Origin: Octopus bimaculoides
Lineage: Eukaryota
Reading direction: 5' to 3'
Length of the DNA: 44,266 nt
Assembly: GCF_001194135.2 (NCBI RefSeq)
Contig: NC_068996.1
Location: 51,071,408 to 51,115,673 of the forward strand
Notes under the pieces: generated by a model
Databases searched by the model: none
What the model was told of the DNA's origin: nothing
What the model saw: the letters and a program-made list of their open reading frames with translations, nothing else
Shown here: positions 11,601 through 24,131 of the stretch, piece by piece
Position numbering within the stretch: position 1 is the stretch's first letter
How the letters are laid out: each line of letters opens with the position of its first letter
Program-made: the position numbers and the translations under genes

Positions 11601-13224
11601 ACATTAAGTCTTGGGAGGCTTGTAAAGGCTATGGATACCATCCCTTTTTCCTGGTTTGACAAATTGAAAAAAAAAAAAAAAAATGTTAAATATTTACTTA
11701 CATATCAAGTATTAATTTTAGATGTTAATTAGAAGTGAAATTATATACAGAAGAGCTAGATAAGTGCAAGGAATCTGTTACATATTTAAACCACGGTAGT
11801 TGTAGTTTATCAGAACATATTAACAGTCTTATACAATCGCATGTAATTCTACAAAATAATAGTGATCCGTTTTGGGTCAGCAGAACAATCTACTCTTACA
11901 AAACCTAACAAATCTTTGAAATAACACTGCCAATCTCTGATATTAAGGAACTTTCTTGAACCATGTAACATTCAAAATTTTCCTCAAATTCACTTCACAT
12001 ATCTATCTGATTTATCAGGTCTTATCAACATCAATTCTTAGTAAATACCTTTTGTCACGCTTTATGCAAGATACCTTTTTTTTTTTTGTGTGTGTGTTTA
12101 AAGAAAGAAACCTTGATGTATGCGTGTTTATTTAGAATGAACACTTTATTATTGCAAGTACTGCTGTAATCTGTGTCAATGTAGGAATCATTGTCTCATG
12201 AGGCAATAGAAGCAGCAGCTCTGTAGGTGTCTCGACCTCTTCTACTGTAACACCAGCACTACCTGGGGCCACCACCACTAATGCAGTTGATGAAATTCAG
12301 ATGTAACAACTCGGGGGCTAAATGTTCCTGTTATCCACCATGCTTGTTCTTGCTACACTGTACATCCTCTCTTTCTTGAACCAAGTGTAATGGCTTGTTT
12401 ACTCAGCAGCTTCCAATAATTTTCTAGTAATTTTCTTTTCTCTCCTTGGCAGCTAATCCATGATTCCTGAGCATTGAGTGACTACTGGTTCCAACAAATC
12501 CTCTTAACACCTTTACTTCAGTTGAAATTGTTAAAGTACTGTTTGTAGCCCAACCTTGTAAAACCCTCGCCAGCAACGACTACCCAAACAGACCCCTGGG
12601 TTGGAGGGTTGATGCCTGAGTGGTGTTGAGGTGTTATCTGCCAGGAGTAGAAGGGTATCACCAACAAATGGTGGATGCAGTGACACACTTTTACAGTGCA
12701 TGGCCCCATGCTACTACTACAAAGGTGTACCAGTTTCAGTAATCACTAATCAATGTTGCTAGTGCCATTACTGTTGTATATCAGGGAGCCCATGTTTGAT
12801 CTTTGATGGATCAATAAGTTCAAACCGTAAAATAATTTCAAATGTCTTTTTTTTTTTTTTTTTTTTTTTGTGGGTGGGGTGATGGCAGTGATGCAGGGGA
12901 GAATAAGAGGAGAAAGATGAAACATTTGAGTTTTAGAGGGTTGATGTGACTACAATATATAGAAGATTTATATATTATGTACATAACAATTTAGAAACTT
13001 GTTGAGAGATATGAAATAAATCTTAACAGTTGAACTTGAAGTAGAATATACTATATATATATATATATATATATAGTATATACTATATTATAAATGTTGT
13101 AAAAACATCACATAAAACTGAGTTTGACTTTCCCATTCGTCAACCAGTTTTGGATGAGAACCAAAACTGTCCAATGAACAGGAGCATGAAACTCTGAGTA
13201 ACAGTTTTTGTGATGTCTTTGCAG

Positions 13225-13310
13225 CTTTATTAATAAAGCATATTACTCTACCTCTGGTATTCGAGTACTATTTTTTCCACCTTGTTTCGCATTTATGTGC
13301 TTACTCTGGT
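13225..13310 (+). repeat. Short interspersed-repeat remnant, possibly a Penelope-like terminal segment
   Basis: aataaagcatattactctacctctggtattcgagtacta...ccaccttgtttcgcatttatgtg resembles a repeat end I recall; not verifiable here. Confidence 0.3.
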
Positions 13311-13635
13311 GTGTATATATATATATATAAAATAGGTAGGTGTTAGTTAGGGAAATAAAAGGTCAGTATTTTTTTTCCCCCTAAACATTGACAGCCCTTA
13401 CAAAATTTTTTACATTATTTCTCTTAATTTTTTTTTTTTTTTTTTTTGTCATATTCTTTCTGAAAAATTAATACAAAGGAGGAGTTAAGATTTTCTTAAT
13501 GACTCTTGCACTCGTTTTGTCATATTTTTAAGCAAATTGTTTCTCTTTTTTTTTTTTTCTTCCTAATAAAGGAATTGTAATGTTTCTACATCTTGAACTA
13601 TTATTATTATACGGTCTTCTCTCTTTTTTTTACAG

Positions 13636-13721
13636 TCATATGACAATATTATTATTTCCTCTATTTATCAACTGTCGTTGAAACTGAAAACTGCTACAGA
13701 TAGGACTATTCAAAAATTGAG
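13636..13721 (+). CDS. Candidate internal exon (SYDNIIISSIYQLSLKLKTATDRTIQKL-R)
   Basis: ctcttttttttacag acceptor, AG|gtttgt donor; one of three frames is open over 86 nt. Phase 0 to phase 2. Confidence 0.45.
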
Positions 13722-14159
13722 GTTTGTTGTTTTTGTTTATATATTTCTTTCTCAACTTCTTAATTCAGTTTAAATGATGAGAGAAAATTGCCATCAGATT
13801 TCAAAGTGTGATTGAGTGACACTCACACACATATCCATTTAATGGCTTTGTTGTATATTTGTTACTTGTGAAACTGTCCCACCCATGCTAGCATGGAAGG
13901 CGGACGTTTGATGATGATGGCCACAAGAAGATTTCTTATGATTGGGTCCCCTTCCTATTGCCAACCCTCATCTACCTCAATGAATAGTGTATGACCCATT
14001 CAGGCCTGGAAAAATAAATGTTAAAATAGTGGATGATGATGGCAATAATTAATCATTAGAGAATTTAGACAAAATGTCTTGTGGCAATTCTTCCTGCTTT
14101 TTTTTTTTTTTTTCTCTCCCAATTTTTTCTGGGACCACCCTTGCCTTCCATCCTTCCAG

Positions 14160-14232
14160 AATTGTCAAATATTAAAGTTGACATAATAAACTATCTCACT
14201 TCTTCACAATTTATGGCTTTTTGGCTTTGTTA
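14160..14232 (+). CDS. Candidate exon start running into the gap (LSNIKVDIINYLTSSQFMAFWLC)
   Basis: Strong acceptor ccttgccttccatccttccag; only the phase-1 frame is open up to the N gap. Confidence 0.45.
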
Positions 14233-14629
14233 NNNNNNNNNNNNNNNNNNNNNNNNNNNNNNNNNNNNNNNNNNNNNNNNNNNNNNNNNNNNNNNNNNNN
14301 NNNNNNNNNNNNNNNNNNNNNNNNNNNNNNNNNNNNNNNNNNNNNNNNNNNNNNNNNNNNNNNNNNNNNNNNNNNNNNNNNNNNNNNNNNNNNNNNNNNN
14401 NNNNNNNNNNNNNNNNNNNNNNNNNNNNNNNNNNNNNNNNNNNNNNNNNNNNNNNNNNNNNNNNNNNNNNNNNNNNNNNNNNNNNNNNNNNNNNNNNNNN
14501 NNNNNNNNNNNNNNNNNNNNNNNNNNNNNNNNNNNNNNNNNNNNNNNNNNNNNNNNNNNNNNNNNNNNNNNNNNNNNNNNNNNNNNNNNNNNNNNNNNNN
14601 NNNNNNNNNNNNNNNNNNNNNNNNNNNNN

Positions 14630-14646
14630 AGAACACCGTATTCATG
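14630..14646 (+). CDS. 3' end of a coding exon emerging from the gap (EHRIH-V)
   Basis: CATG|gtaagt donor. Its phase 1 matches the acceptor at 15826 and gives the continuous peptide EHRIHVIDRVLFP. Confidence 0.7.
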
Positions 14647-14786
14647 GTAAGTTCTGTTTTATTGCATTGTTACAGAAACCATTTTATAATGGTTATCTTA
14701 AAATATTCTTCTTTATATTATTCCAATGAGAATTTATTTTTATTAGTGTACACTGAAGGAAATATTCTAGTTTTATTCTGTACACA

Positions 14787-15166
14787 TCTGTTTCATTCAT
14801 TGGACTGTGGCCATGCTGGGGCACCACCTTCAAAGGTTTAAACAAATTGACCCCAGTGTCTTTTTTTTCTTAAAGTTTGGTACTTATTGTCTTTTTTTTT
14901 TTTTTTGCCAAACTGCTAAGTTACAGGGACATAAGCAAATCAGCAATAGTTGTTAAGCACTAGGAGACAAGGACATGGATGGACGGGGACACACACACGC
15001 ATGACAGGCTTCTTTAAGTTTGTGTCTTATCAAATCCACTCACATGGCTTTAGTTGGCCCAAAGTTATATTAGAAGACCCTTGCCCAAGGTGCCACACAG
15101 TGGGACTGAACCTGGAACCATCTGGTTGGGAAATGAACTTCTTACCGTGTGCCCACACCTGCACCT
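14787..15166 (-). mobile_element. tRNA-derived SINE, family B
   Basis: Homologous to 3609-3918 and 27530-27890. Confidence 0.85.
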
Positions 15167-15516
15167 ATATAGCCATAACAGGTGATGTGTATTCCTGCAT
15201 GCCACAAGATAGAGAATGCGTGAGTGGAAGTAATATAAGATCTGTCATCTCCCTGGGGTAGAAACCACAGTCGTAGTTGTAGATAAAGCAAAGAGAAGAG
15301 ACAGCAGCACATCTCTGGAATGGAGATTGCACCGTTTGCTAGTGACGACTTTATAACATGTCACATGACCTTCCTTTGGATGAGGTTGAGGACGTTTGTA
15401 TGTGTAACTGCTTCACTGTCACGTAGTGACACACACACACATGTTCATCTTTCTCTCTCTCATTGATTGCCCCCCCCCCTCCCCCCACGGATTCCTTCTG
15501 ACTTTTATAATTACTA

Positions 15517-15727
15517 TGGCAAACGAGCTGGTAGAATCATTAGCGCATTGAACAAAAAGCATTTCTCCTAGTTATTTGCATTCCGAGTTCAAATCCCACT
15601 GACGTTGATTTTGCCTTTCATTCTTTGCAGTTTTAATGAAATAAGAATCCGTTGGGTACTGGGGTCGATGTAGTTGACTAGCCCCTTCTCTCAACAAATC
15701 TTAGGGCTTGTATCTAGTGCAGAAAGA
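15517..15727 (+). mobile_element. Family A SINE with ATT tail
   Basis: gagctggtagaatcattagc...gagttcaaatccc...tactggggtcgatgt...agaaagaattattatt. Confidence 0.85.
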
Positions 15728-15825
15728 ATTATTATTATTATTATGTTAAATACTGAAGTGGCAGCATGTCACCTTTTAAATTTAAATTCTTTTTCTCTTT
15801 TTTTTTTTCAAATTTTAATTCTTAG

Positions 15826-16058
15826 TTATCGATCGGGTGCTCTTCCCAGACAAAGATAATGGAATTGATTCTGATGGCCTTACCCAGCGTGAAAAACAGC
15901 TTTATCTGCAGGAAATAGAAAGGATACGAACAGAGATTGCAGGCTTCCAACCAATCGACAATCCAGAAGACAAAATGTGGAAAAAGAAGCAAAGGCAGCC
16001 ACAAGGAAACAGTTCAACATGTCATGCCATTGGCTTAACAGAAGAAGAGCTATTCTAG
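15826..16058 (+). CDS. Terminal coding exon of an unidentified protein (V-IDRVLFPDKDNGIDSDGLTQREKQLYLQEIERIRTEIAGFQPIDNPEDKMWKKK...EEELF*)
   Basis: Polypyrimidine tract plus cttag acceptor at 15825; 76 non-repetitive open codons in AT-rich surroundings; TAG stop at 16056-16058. Confidence 0.8.
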
Positions 16059-17079
16059 AGACTTTCTCTTAGTTAAGATACCCAGGCTATATATATATAT
16101 ATATATATATATATACGTATGTATGGTGTGTGCATGTAAAATTTAATGTTTCAGATTTGTGATCCGTTCATTTTTACATTCACTGCCTTTAATTTGCATT
16201 AACGTCATCAATTAATGTATTTCTGTTAATAATTTATTTAAAATGGATTTGATTTTATATTTTCATTTGCAAACTACAGCCAACGTTTATTAATAGTAAT
16301 TTATTTTATTTGTTTTATGTCTTCTTTTTTTAACTGTTTCATTTTCTTCTTCTTCTTCTTCTTCCTTCATTCTTTCTTGTCTGTGTTAGATATTTATTTA
16401 TACATTCAGATTAGTATTTCAAGAGATTTTTTTTTTTTAAATTGTTATATTTCAGGTGTTCCATATTTTGAGTAGACTGCAGATTTTATAGATATTCTTG
16501 CTTTTGGTACAATTGAAACAGAATCAGACCAGTGTGTGTGATGTGAGCCACAATGCACCATAGTCCGTTTAACAATATGAAGTGTTCCTCTAGTTTAATT
16601 AGAAACAAATACCAATTATGCTCCCATCCAAAGTCAACAGTTTTTTGGGGGGTTTTCTGAATATTTTAAGCAATATTAATAGTTTAAATTTGTTATAACT
16701 GTTGCAGTTTGAATGATAATTATATAGCCTATATTAGGTAGGTTTGTGGGTTAATTAATTCTAAATGGATTACAAGGCTTATCCACAAGGGAAACTCACA
16801 GCAAAGCAACATTCTCTTGTAGGGTTAATTCTAAACAGAAAATGATGATGTCCATATATATATATAGTACAATGACAGATTGTCCATGGTAGATTGATGA
16901 TTCCCAATGTAATTATTGCTAATTGATTGCCTGATAAATAAGTTGGCGGCTGTTTAATTTTTGTTGAATAAGTTTGTTGTGTTTTGCTATTCTCAACTTG
17001 TGTCGTTTAGTAATGATGCATTGGCATTTAATGTGTTTGGGGTTTTTATTTCATTGGCACCACATTTGATGAGTTTTAA

Positions 17080-17245
17080 CTTTGGTAGAACTAAAAGTGG
17101 TTGGCTTCAGAAAGATTATCAAGCTGGAGAAACCATGCCAAAACAGGCTATGAAACCTTGTGGCTGCTGGCCTTTCTGATTCCTGTCAAACCATCCAGCC
17201 CATGCCAACATGAAAAAAAAAAAACAATGTTAAATGATGATGATC
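17080..17245 (+). mobile_element. Decayed 3' end of family D repeat with (GAT)n tail
   Basis: gaaaccatgccaaa...ccatccagcccatgccaacatg...gttaaatgatgatgat matches the 3' ends at 23480 and 24945. Smaller fragments lie at ~13880-13920 and ~27085-27132. Confidence 0.7.
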
Positions 17246-18499
17246 ACTGATGTGCTCATGCCTTGGTAAAGGCCATTTGGCAGACTGGATAAGCTGCTAA
17301 ATTTAATAACCTAGGAAACCTACATAAATAATGTTGAGTAAAGTAGTGGTGATGTTGACATTCTTTTCTGATATTATGATTGGACAATATGCTTTTAAGA
17401 CCTAGAGAGGGTGGGGAGAAGAAATATTGTTTGAAAATAATAGTTGGTAACAGGAAGAGCATCCAGCTTGTAAGATCCTGCCTCAAATTCCACACAGTCA
17501 TATCAGCCTCACCTCATGTATTACATATTATATATCTATGTGTTTGTTTGTATATAATACAATTCATGACAAGCAAACAAAAATATAGTCACTGTAAAGA
17601 TACAATACATTTGCTTTCTCTTTCTCTCTCTCTCTCTCTCTCTAGTTATTTATTTGCAATGTACAAATCAATGCAGAGAGTCATTTCAGGGTCCAACAGT
17701 TTGATGACTTATTTCTAATCTGTGGAGATAAGTCATATTTCGTTTCGGTTGGAAGAACTAATAAATACCGTGAAGTTAATCACTCATTTTGTTTAACTTC
17801 AGGGATATGGTGGGGAAGACACCTCAAATTTTCAATGAAGTTATTATGGATGACAGACAAACCTTCCTGAGTTAACACTCTAACAGCTGGCATTTCCCTT
17901 GGAAAGAAATTGAAGTTAGGCCACAGCACTCGCTGTACAACAGAGAATATAGTATATTTGAGGTTCTGTTTATTTTTGTAGCATTTAGAACATAAATGAC
18001 TCTTGTCTTTTCACTCCAGCCAGAGAAACATTTTTGTGTTTTATATGCAGGTAAAGCAGTAAAATATTGGAGTCAGTAGCCATGGAGAAATTATACATTT
18101 CTCCATGACTACTAAAACCCACAAATTTCAGCTAATTACCATATAAAATGTAACATTTAGTTCTAGAAATCTGTTACATTTCATATCCTAGGTCTTGTAT
18201 GCTGAAAAAAGTAAAATTACTTTGTTTTCCCTTTAAGAAAAAAAAAATGCAATCTTTTGATGTATTGTACACCTTTACAGTGTCTTCTATTTTGGCAGAA
18301 CAACCTGGACATCAAATGGTAATTTATTATTGCAGCAATTAATTTCAACTCTTTAGGTTTTGAGTTCAAATCTCATGATGTTGTTTAGTTGCCTGTTGAT
18401 GCTCAAGCTGTATGTCACAAGTAATACTAGAGTGTTTAAATCTGTTAGCCATGTTTAGTTCACTTTTTTTACTTCCATACATAATCTCCTGTAGTGCTG

Positions 18500-19010
18500 T
18501 AGTGCTCCCTTTGGGTCTTTTCTTACATAACTGCATATTGTATGTTGCCTCCTTCATTCACTTGAATATAGCCTTGCACATGCCACCTTACTTTAGCTAG
18601 CTCCTTGAGCACAGTGTCATCAAGGTTTGCAATTTTAGTCAGCCTTCCCCCTTTTTTTTTGTCTTTTTTAAAGTATTTTAAGCATACTTCTTAATTCCCA
18701 GATCTATTTTGGTATCATTACTGAAGATCTTAATGGTAGCCACAAGACCTGTCGGCTGGTTATCTCCCTTGACATCTTAAGGTCGCCACTGTATGAGCAG
18801 ATGGTTCACTTTACCATTCTGTGAGTCGTATCCACAGAACTGCTGTTTAGTAGACTGCAGAGGGGTGCTAGCACAAGGCAGAACATCAGTAGTGATAACG
18901 AGTGGTCTTTGGAGTATATCACTTCTTATGTTGGTTGGTCTTGATGTTACCAGCCCATCTGCTTGGTAAGGATTCAGTGCACTTCTTCAGAGTCTTCATG
19001 CTGTTGCATA
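18500..19010 (-). pseudogene. Highly decayed Dong/R4-like LINE RT fragment
   Basis: The minus frame reads GKVNHLLIQWRP*...LVATIKIFSNDTKIDLGIKKYA, colinear with KINHSLFMDDLKLY...LVDTVYTFSADIRTVFRLRKCG in the 42924-43514 ORF. Confidence 0.7.
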
Positions 19011-19099
19011 TAATAATTATAGGCAGACTTTGTAGATCTTAAGCCTCTTTTTTATCCAGGTGTGTGGATCCTCATTGCTGAGAATTATTATTATTAGTG

Positions 19100-19490
19100 T
19101 TGAGCTGTTTAAAATAATTTGAACATGCCTTGCAGCATTTCTTCCAGTTCTTCACATTTTGAGTTCAAAACAAACTAAGGTCAACTTTGCCTTTTGTCCT
19201 TTGAGGGTCAATGAAATAAAGTAGCAGTCAAGTACTAGAGTCAGTTTGTCATCTGTACCCCCTGCCCCAAATTTTCTGGCCTTGTGCCTTTATTTTGAGG
19301 CAGTTATTAAGGATGGTAGATTGGCAGAATTGTTAAAGGGTCAGACAAAATGTCATGGTGTGTCTTTTAGCTCTTTGAGTTCAAATCCCATCGAAGTCTG
19401 TTTTGCCTTTTATCCCAGGGGGTGGCGATCAGTGTAATCAGCTAACATCTCACCCCCACTAAATTGTTGTCCTTAAGCTTAAATTATAAG
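19100..19490 (+). mobile_element. Two head-to-tail family A SINE copies
   Basis: gagttcaaa...aaggtcaactttgcctttt occurs at ~19160 and again at ~19380, with two heads. Confidence 0.75.
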
Positions 19491-19784
19491 ATATCAAAGC
19501 CAAAGCATTTGCTTTCAGTGTAAATGGTTTACAATAAAGGAAGATTGAAAAATGACATTTTTTAATATAAATACTAACGTGACCTAAAACCACCTTGTAA
19601 AGGTATGAAGCAAGATATTTTCAGAAACATTTGTGGATCACATGTGAAATGGAATTTCTCTTTAGAATTTTTTTTTCTCTCTTTGTTAATGCTCCATGAG
19701 AATGACATGATGAACACCACGTTTTTGTTTCTCCTCTTCCCAGCTTTCATATCCATGTTAGAAGTGAATATTACAGTAATTATT

Positions 19785-20575
19785 GGTGGATTGGCAGAAT
19801 TGTTAAAGCATCCAGTCAAATACCTTGCAGTGTCTGTTTGAGTTCTTTACATTCTGAGTTCAAAACCTGCCAAGGTTAACTTTACCCTTTATGCCTTAAT
19901 AAAGGACCAGTCAAGTGCTGGGGATCAATTTGATTAATTTGTGATTTTGTGCCTATATTATAGAAACCATCATCATCATCATCATCATACAGGTAGTGAG
20001 CTGGCAGAATTGTTAGAATGCCCGGCAAAATGCTAAGCAACATTTCACCTGCTTTTACATTTTGAGTTAAAATTTCACTGAGGTCGATTTTGCCTTTCGT
20101 CCTTTTGGGGATCGATGAAATAAGTATCAGCTGAACACTGGGGTCGATGTAATTAACTTACCCCCCCCTCCCCCGAAATTGATGGTCTTGTGCCAAAATT
20201 TGAAACTATTTATTTTTATTATTATTATTCATATACACAGATTGGACTGTTGGAAAAGAAAAATTCCTAACAGTGGGCTACAACAAGTAACCTTAGATTT
20301 CAAGAACCCTCCTAAATATCCTAGCTGTCCTAATAACACGGTTTTCTGGAGCTGTGCTAAACTGAGTTTTATTATTATTTTTATATAAGAGGCAACAGAT
20401 TGGCAAAATCATTAGAGTGTAAGACAATATGCCTTGTGGTATTTGTTCCCACTTTCTACATTCTAAATTCACATCCTAACTTGGTCAGCTTTACATTTTC
20501 TCTTTTCTGTGTTGATAAAATAAAGTATCAATCAACAAGTTCAGGGTTGCCCTCTGCACGTTTTGTTAGAAGTTA
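19785..20575 (+). mobile_element. Chain of three family A SINEs (~19785-19970, ~19990-20215, ~20385-20575)
   Basis: Repeated [gt]tggca[ga]aat heads and gagtt(c/a)aaa B-box-like motifs; the copies are separated by (CAT)n or (ATT)n tracts. Confidence 0.8.
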
Positions 20576-21255
20576 TTATTAATTGCCAAATAATATATCT
20601 GTGATTTAAATGGAATTATTTATTAATTTTTTTTTTTTACATGTACGTTTTAATCCTAAATTTGGGTTTTTTGATTAAATATGCAGGTAGAATATTTGGA
20701 AAAACTTCTATTACAATTCCGTTTTTGTGCCAAGCTTCATTCTGGTGCACGCTTATAAACATACACACGCACACACTTCTGTCTGTCTGTTTCATTTGTG
20801 GTACTTGAAACAACATACAAAGATTAAATTTTTCCCCAAATATTGTTTTAACCAAAAAGCAAAGGAAGATAAAATTGATAGATTGAAAACTTTTCTCAAG
20901 TAATTGATATTTATTAATCTAAATAATTTAGACGTAAAAAAAAATGTAGGGTTAAACAATTATTTCTTTTTTCTTTTTAAGAAAAAAAAAACCCACAAAA
21001 AAATGCATCTGTCTTGAATTATTTCTTCGATTATCTTTGTTAATGCTATATATATTTAAATTTACTGAAGTTTAATAAAGTCTTAATCTGCAGCTTTCCT
21101 TATTTATAAAATTCCAAACAAGCAATTATTTTTAAGTTTTGCTTTTTGTTGTTTTTTTTTTTTTGCGCTATATATTTTTTGTCATACCTCATTTTTCTTC
21201 TTGTGGTAAATCCTGTCACCATGTACTATTTTGTTTACAGTTGGCTGTTTCATTT

Positions 21256-21340
<85 letters not shown>

Positions 21341-21966
21341 ATACACAGACAAAGCTTAGGAAGTAGTGTATTATAGATACTCTCAAAGGAAATGGGGGAA
21401 TTGTCTATATTCCTTGTGTTTGCTGACATTTTTTTTTAACCAATATACTGTTAATCCCGAATTCATTTCACTGAATTGTGAAATGCACTTGACTGTAATT
21501 TGCACCAGGTGTTTTGGTGTAAAGTATACAAGTGTGTGTGTGTGTATATATATATAGAAAGAGATATAGATATATATATACATATACATACACACTTGAG
21601 GACATATATGATGAAAGTGGTTTCCAGTTTTCGCATTGCATGTATATACATAAGGCGAAAATGGTAACTCAGTTTGGAAGAGTGTACTTTTTAATTGTAT
21701 ATTCCTACTAAGAATATACATTTAAACAAGTGGTTAAATATAATACAAATTTGTATACATATGGTATTTAACTTTGCTCCAAATGGAAATATTTATAAAG
21801 AGAAAAACAAAAAAAAAAAAACTAAATCTGATCTAAAGAATATGTTCAGTAAATGATTTTAATATTCCTTGGATGTTATTTCTGATCTTTATTAAGCAGT
21901 TATAAAGAATTGGTAAATCTAAATCCTTCTGTGGTATACACAATATGTTTTGTTTTTTTCATGTTG

Positions 21967-22021
<55 letters not shown>

Positions 22022-22744
22022 ATCTTACAAAACCAGAAATTATTAAAATGTTCCACCATACAATGTGCTGTATCCTGTGTAGTACATGTCTGTAGATATC
22101 ATCTACACATTTTGTCACTGTCCGCTGATTTTTTGCTCTTTGTTACTGACAAATTGTGTTTTTTGCTCTTTGGCAAAGAAATCAGTTCCTGTTCTTGTAG
22201 AAGTATGTCAGCTAATATGAATATTTTAAGACAAACGTCTACTACTAGCAGCATTATAGAAGCAGCTCTAGTGATAGTGATAAAGAGAATGGTGCCTCTA
22301 AGAACTTATATGCCATTATCTATAATGAAAAAAACAGAAAAATCAATATACTTTTGTGGGGAATGTAATGAGCAATATTTAAAATAACGTAACAAAACAA
22401 CAAAAAAAAGCACAAAATAAACATGAAAATTATATTTAGTTATTTTCATTATTACTACTACTGCTTCTAATACTGTAATTAAAATACTTGCTTTGACTTC
22501 ATGAATTATTAAATAATTTTAAAAACAAAACTAAAATTCTTTGTTGTATATTGTGTTTTGTCTCTCTATTTTCAAAGTTTAATTTGATGTAAGATTCAAT
22601 TTTGCCCTTTTTCAGTTTCTGGGGCGATGTGTCCAACCAAATTTAGGTTAACTCCTCGATAAACCTGTCGGTCATTAACAGCCTCTGGTTTATGGTTTTC
22701 CGGTTTCTTTTAGATGTTTGCAATGTTGGTATTTCATTTACACA

Positions 22745-22960
22745 TTGACCACACTTATTGTTGCATTCAAATCTTGAGATCAAAGCCTGCCATGGTCAAC
22801 TTTGCTTTCATCTTTCTGTGGTCAGCAGCACACCAGTCGAAAGGAATGGATTGACACAATTCACAAATACAAGACCCTTAGGCATGATGCCTTGCAAGTT
22901 ATTTTGGCTAATTGCATTTTGTGTTCAAATCCCACTCTGACTTAATTGGCTGGCAGTCTT
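22745..22960 (+). mobile_element. Family A SINE fragments
   Basis: ttcaaatc...atggtcaactttgctttcatc and ttcaaatcccact motifs. Confidence 0.55.
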
Positions 22961-22989
22961 AATAGTATCACCCTAGTTATCGCCAAGTC

Positions 22990-23482
22990 CCTGGATGTCT
23001 TTAGTAAGTCCAGCGAAATCGTGATGGCACCTGTACCATTGGAGCGCTAAGAGCACCGTCCGAGTGCAATCGTTGCCAGAGCAGCTGTCTGGCTTCTGTG
23101 CCAGTGGCACGTAAATAGTACCATTTGAGCGCGATCGTTACCAGCGTTGCCTTCCTGGCACCTGTGCAGGTGGCACGTGAAAAGACATTCAAGCGAGGTC
23201 GTTGCCAGTGCCGCTGGACTGGCTCCCGTGCAGGTGGCACGTAAAATACACCATTTTGAGTGTGGCCGTTGCCAGTACCGCCTGACTGGCCTACGTGCCG
23301 GTGGCATGTAAAAGCACCCACTACACTCTTGGAGTGGTTGGCGTTAGGAAGGGTATCCAGCTGTAGAAACTCTGCCAAATCAGATTGGAGCCTGGTGTAG
23401 CCATCTGGTTTCACCAGTCCTCAGTCAAATCGTCCAACCGATGCTAGCATGGAAGGCGGACGTTAAACGATGATGATGATGA
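22990..23482 (+). mobile_element. Family D interspersed repeat with an RTE-like (GAT)n tail and an internal ~65-bp tandem array
   Basis: Ends gctagcatggaaggcggacgttaaacgatgatgatgat; four imperfect internal units containing GGTGGCACGTAAA. Confidence 0.85.
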
Positions 23483-23773
23483 TAACTCTGTTACAAGCAT
23501 TTGGGCCAGGTTTCTGGTTTGAGGATATATTTTTACCTCCCCTCTCATCAGTCTATGAGGCCTTTATAAAAAGGATGTATATACTGCCCTTCCCTCCTAA
23601 ATAAACAATTTAAAATTTAGCTGGGAAAAAACCCCTTCTGTAACTTTATTACAAGTCAATCATGAGAGTCCATATGTGTTATACTCATTAATTTCATACT
23701 CTAGATAATGTGTTCTGCATAGTGACAAAAGATTCTGCACTAAATACTATTGGGCTTAAAAGATCTTGTTTAA

Positions 23774-23947
23774 TCCCTTAGCATTCAGACTATTCTGTCA
23801 AATATAATTCACACTGATTTTAATTAATCATACATTTGTTGATGATTGTTTATTTTTAGAATGACATTGTAGGGTAGGCATGAAAAGCTGGATCTGGCCT
23901 TTTTGAATGTAAAACGACTGAATATGGTTTGTTTAAATGTTAAAGGG
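23774..23947. mobile_element. piggyBac-type MITE (174 bp)
   Basis: TTAA|tcccttagcattcagac...aaaggg|TTAA. Confidence 0.85.
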
Positions 23948-24131
23948 TTAAACATAAAGCAACATTTTGGTAGTCTTGTTAATAGAAGATTCTACTCAAA
24001 AGACTAAAGGTATTTCCCTCATCTTATGTGGGATGATGTTAGTGATTATGATGGGCTTTATTTAGCAAGACAAAACCTGTAAGATGAAAATGTTATAAAA
24101 CTATTTCTTGTAAAGGTCCTACATTAACATC

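Noticed and set aside
14081-14841. Long ORFs spanning N runs (also 5193-5531 and 28359-29135)
   Set aside because: Their length comes from gap Ns, and frame across a gap is arbitrary.
22090-22390. Stop-poor frames on both strands, including a hydrophobic minus-strand frame and a possible 24-nt + micro-exon (KSVPVLVE)
   Set aside because: No recognisable motif and no phase-consistent link to other exons; compatible with chance in AT-rich DNA.
23500-23560. CTGATGA...GAAAC on the minus strand as a hammerhead ribozyme
   Set aside because: Stem II does not close directly onto GAAA, and stems I and III cannot be formed.
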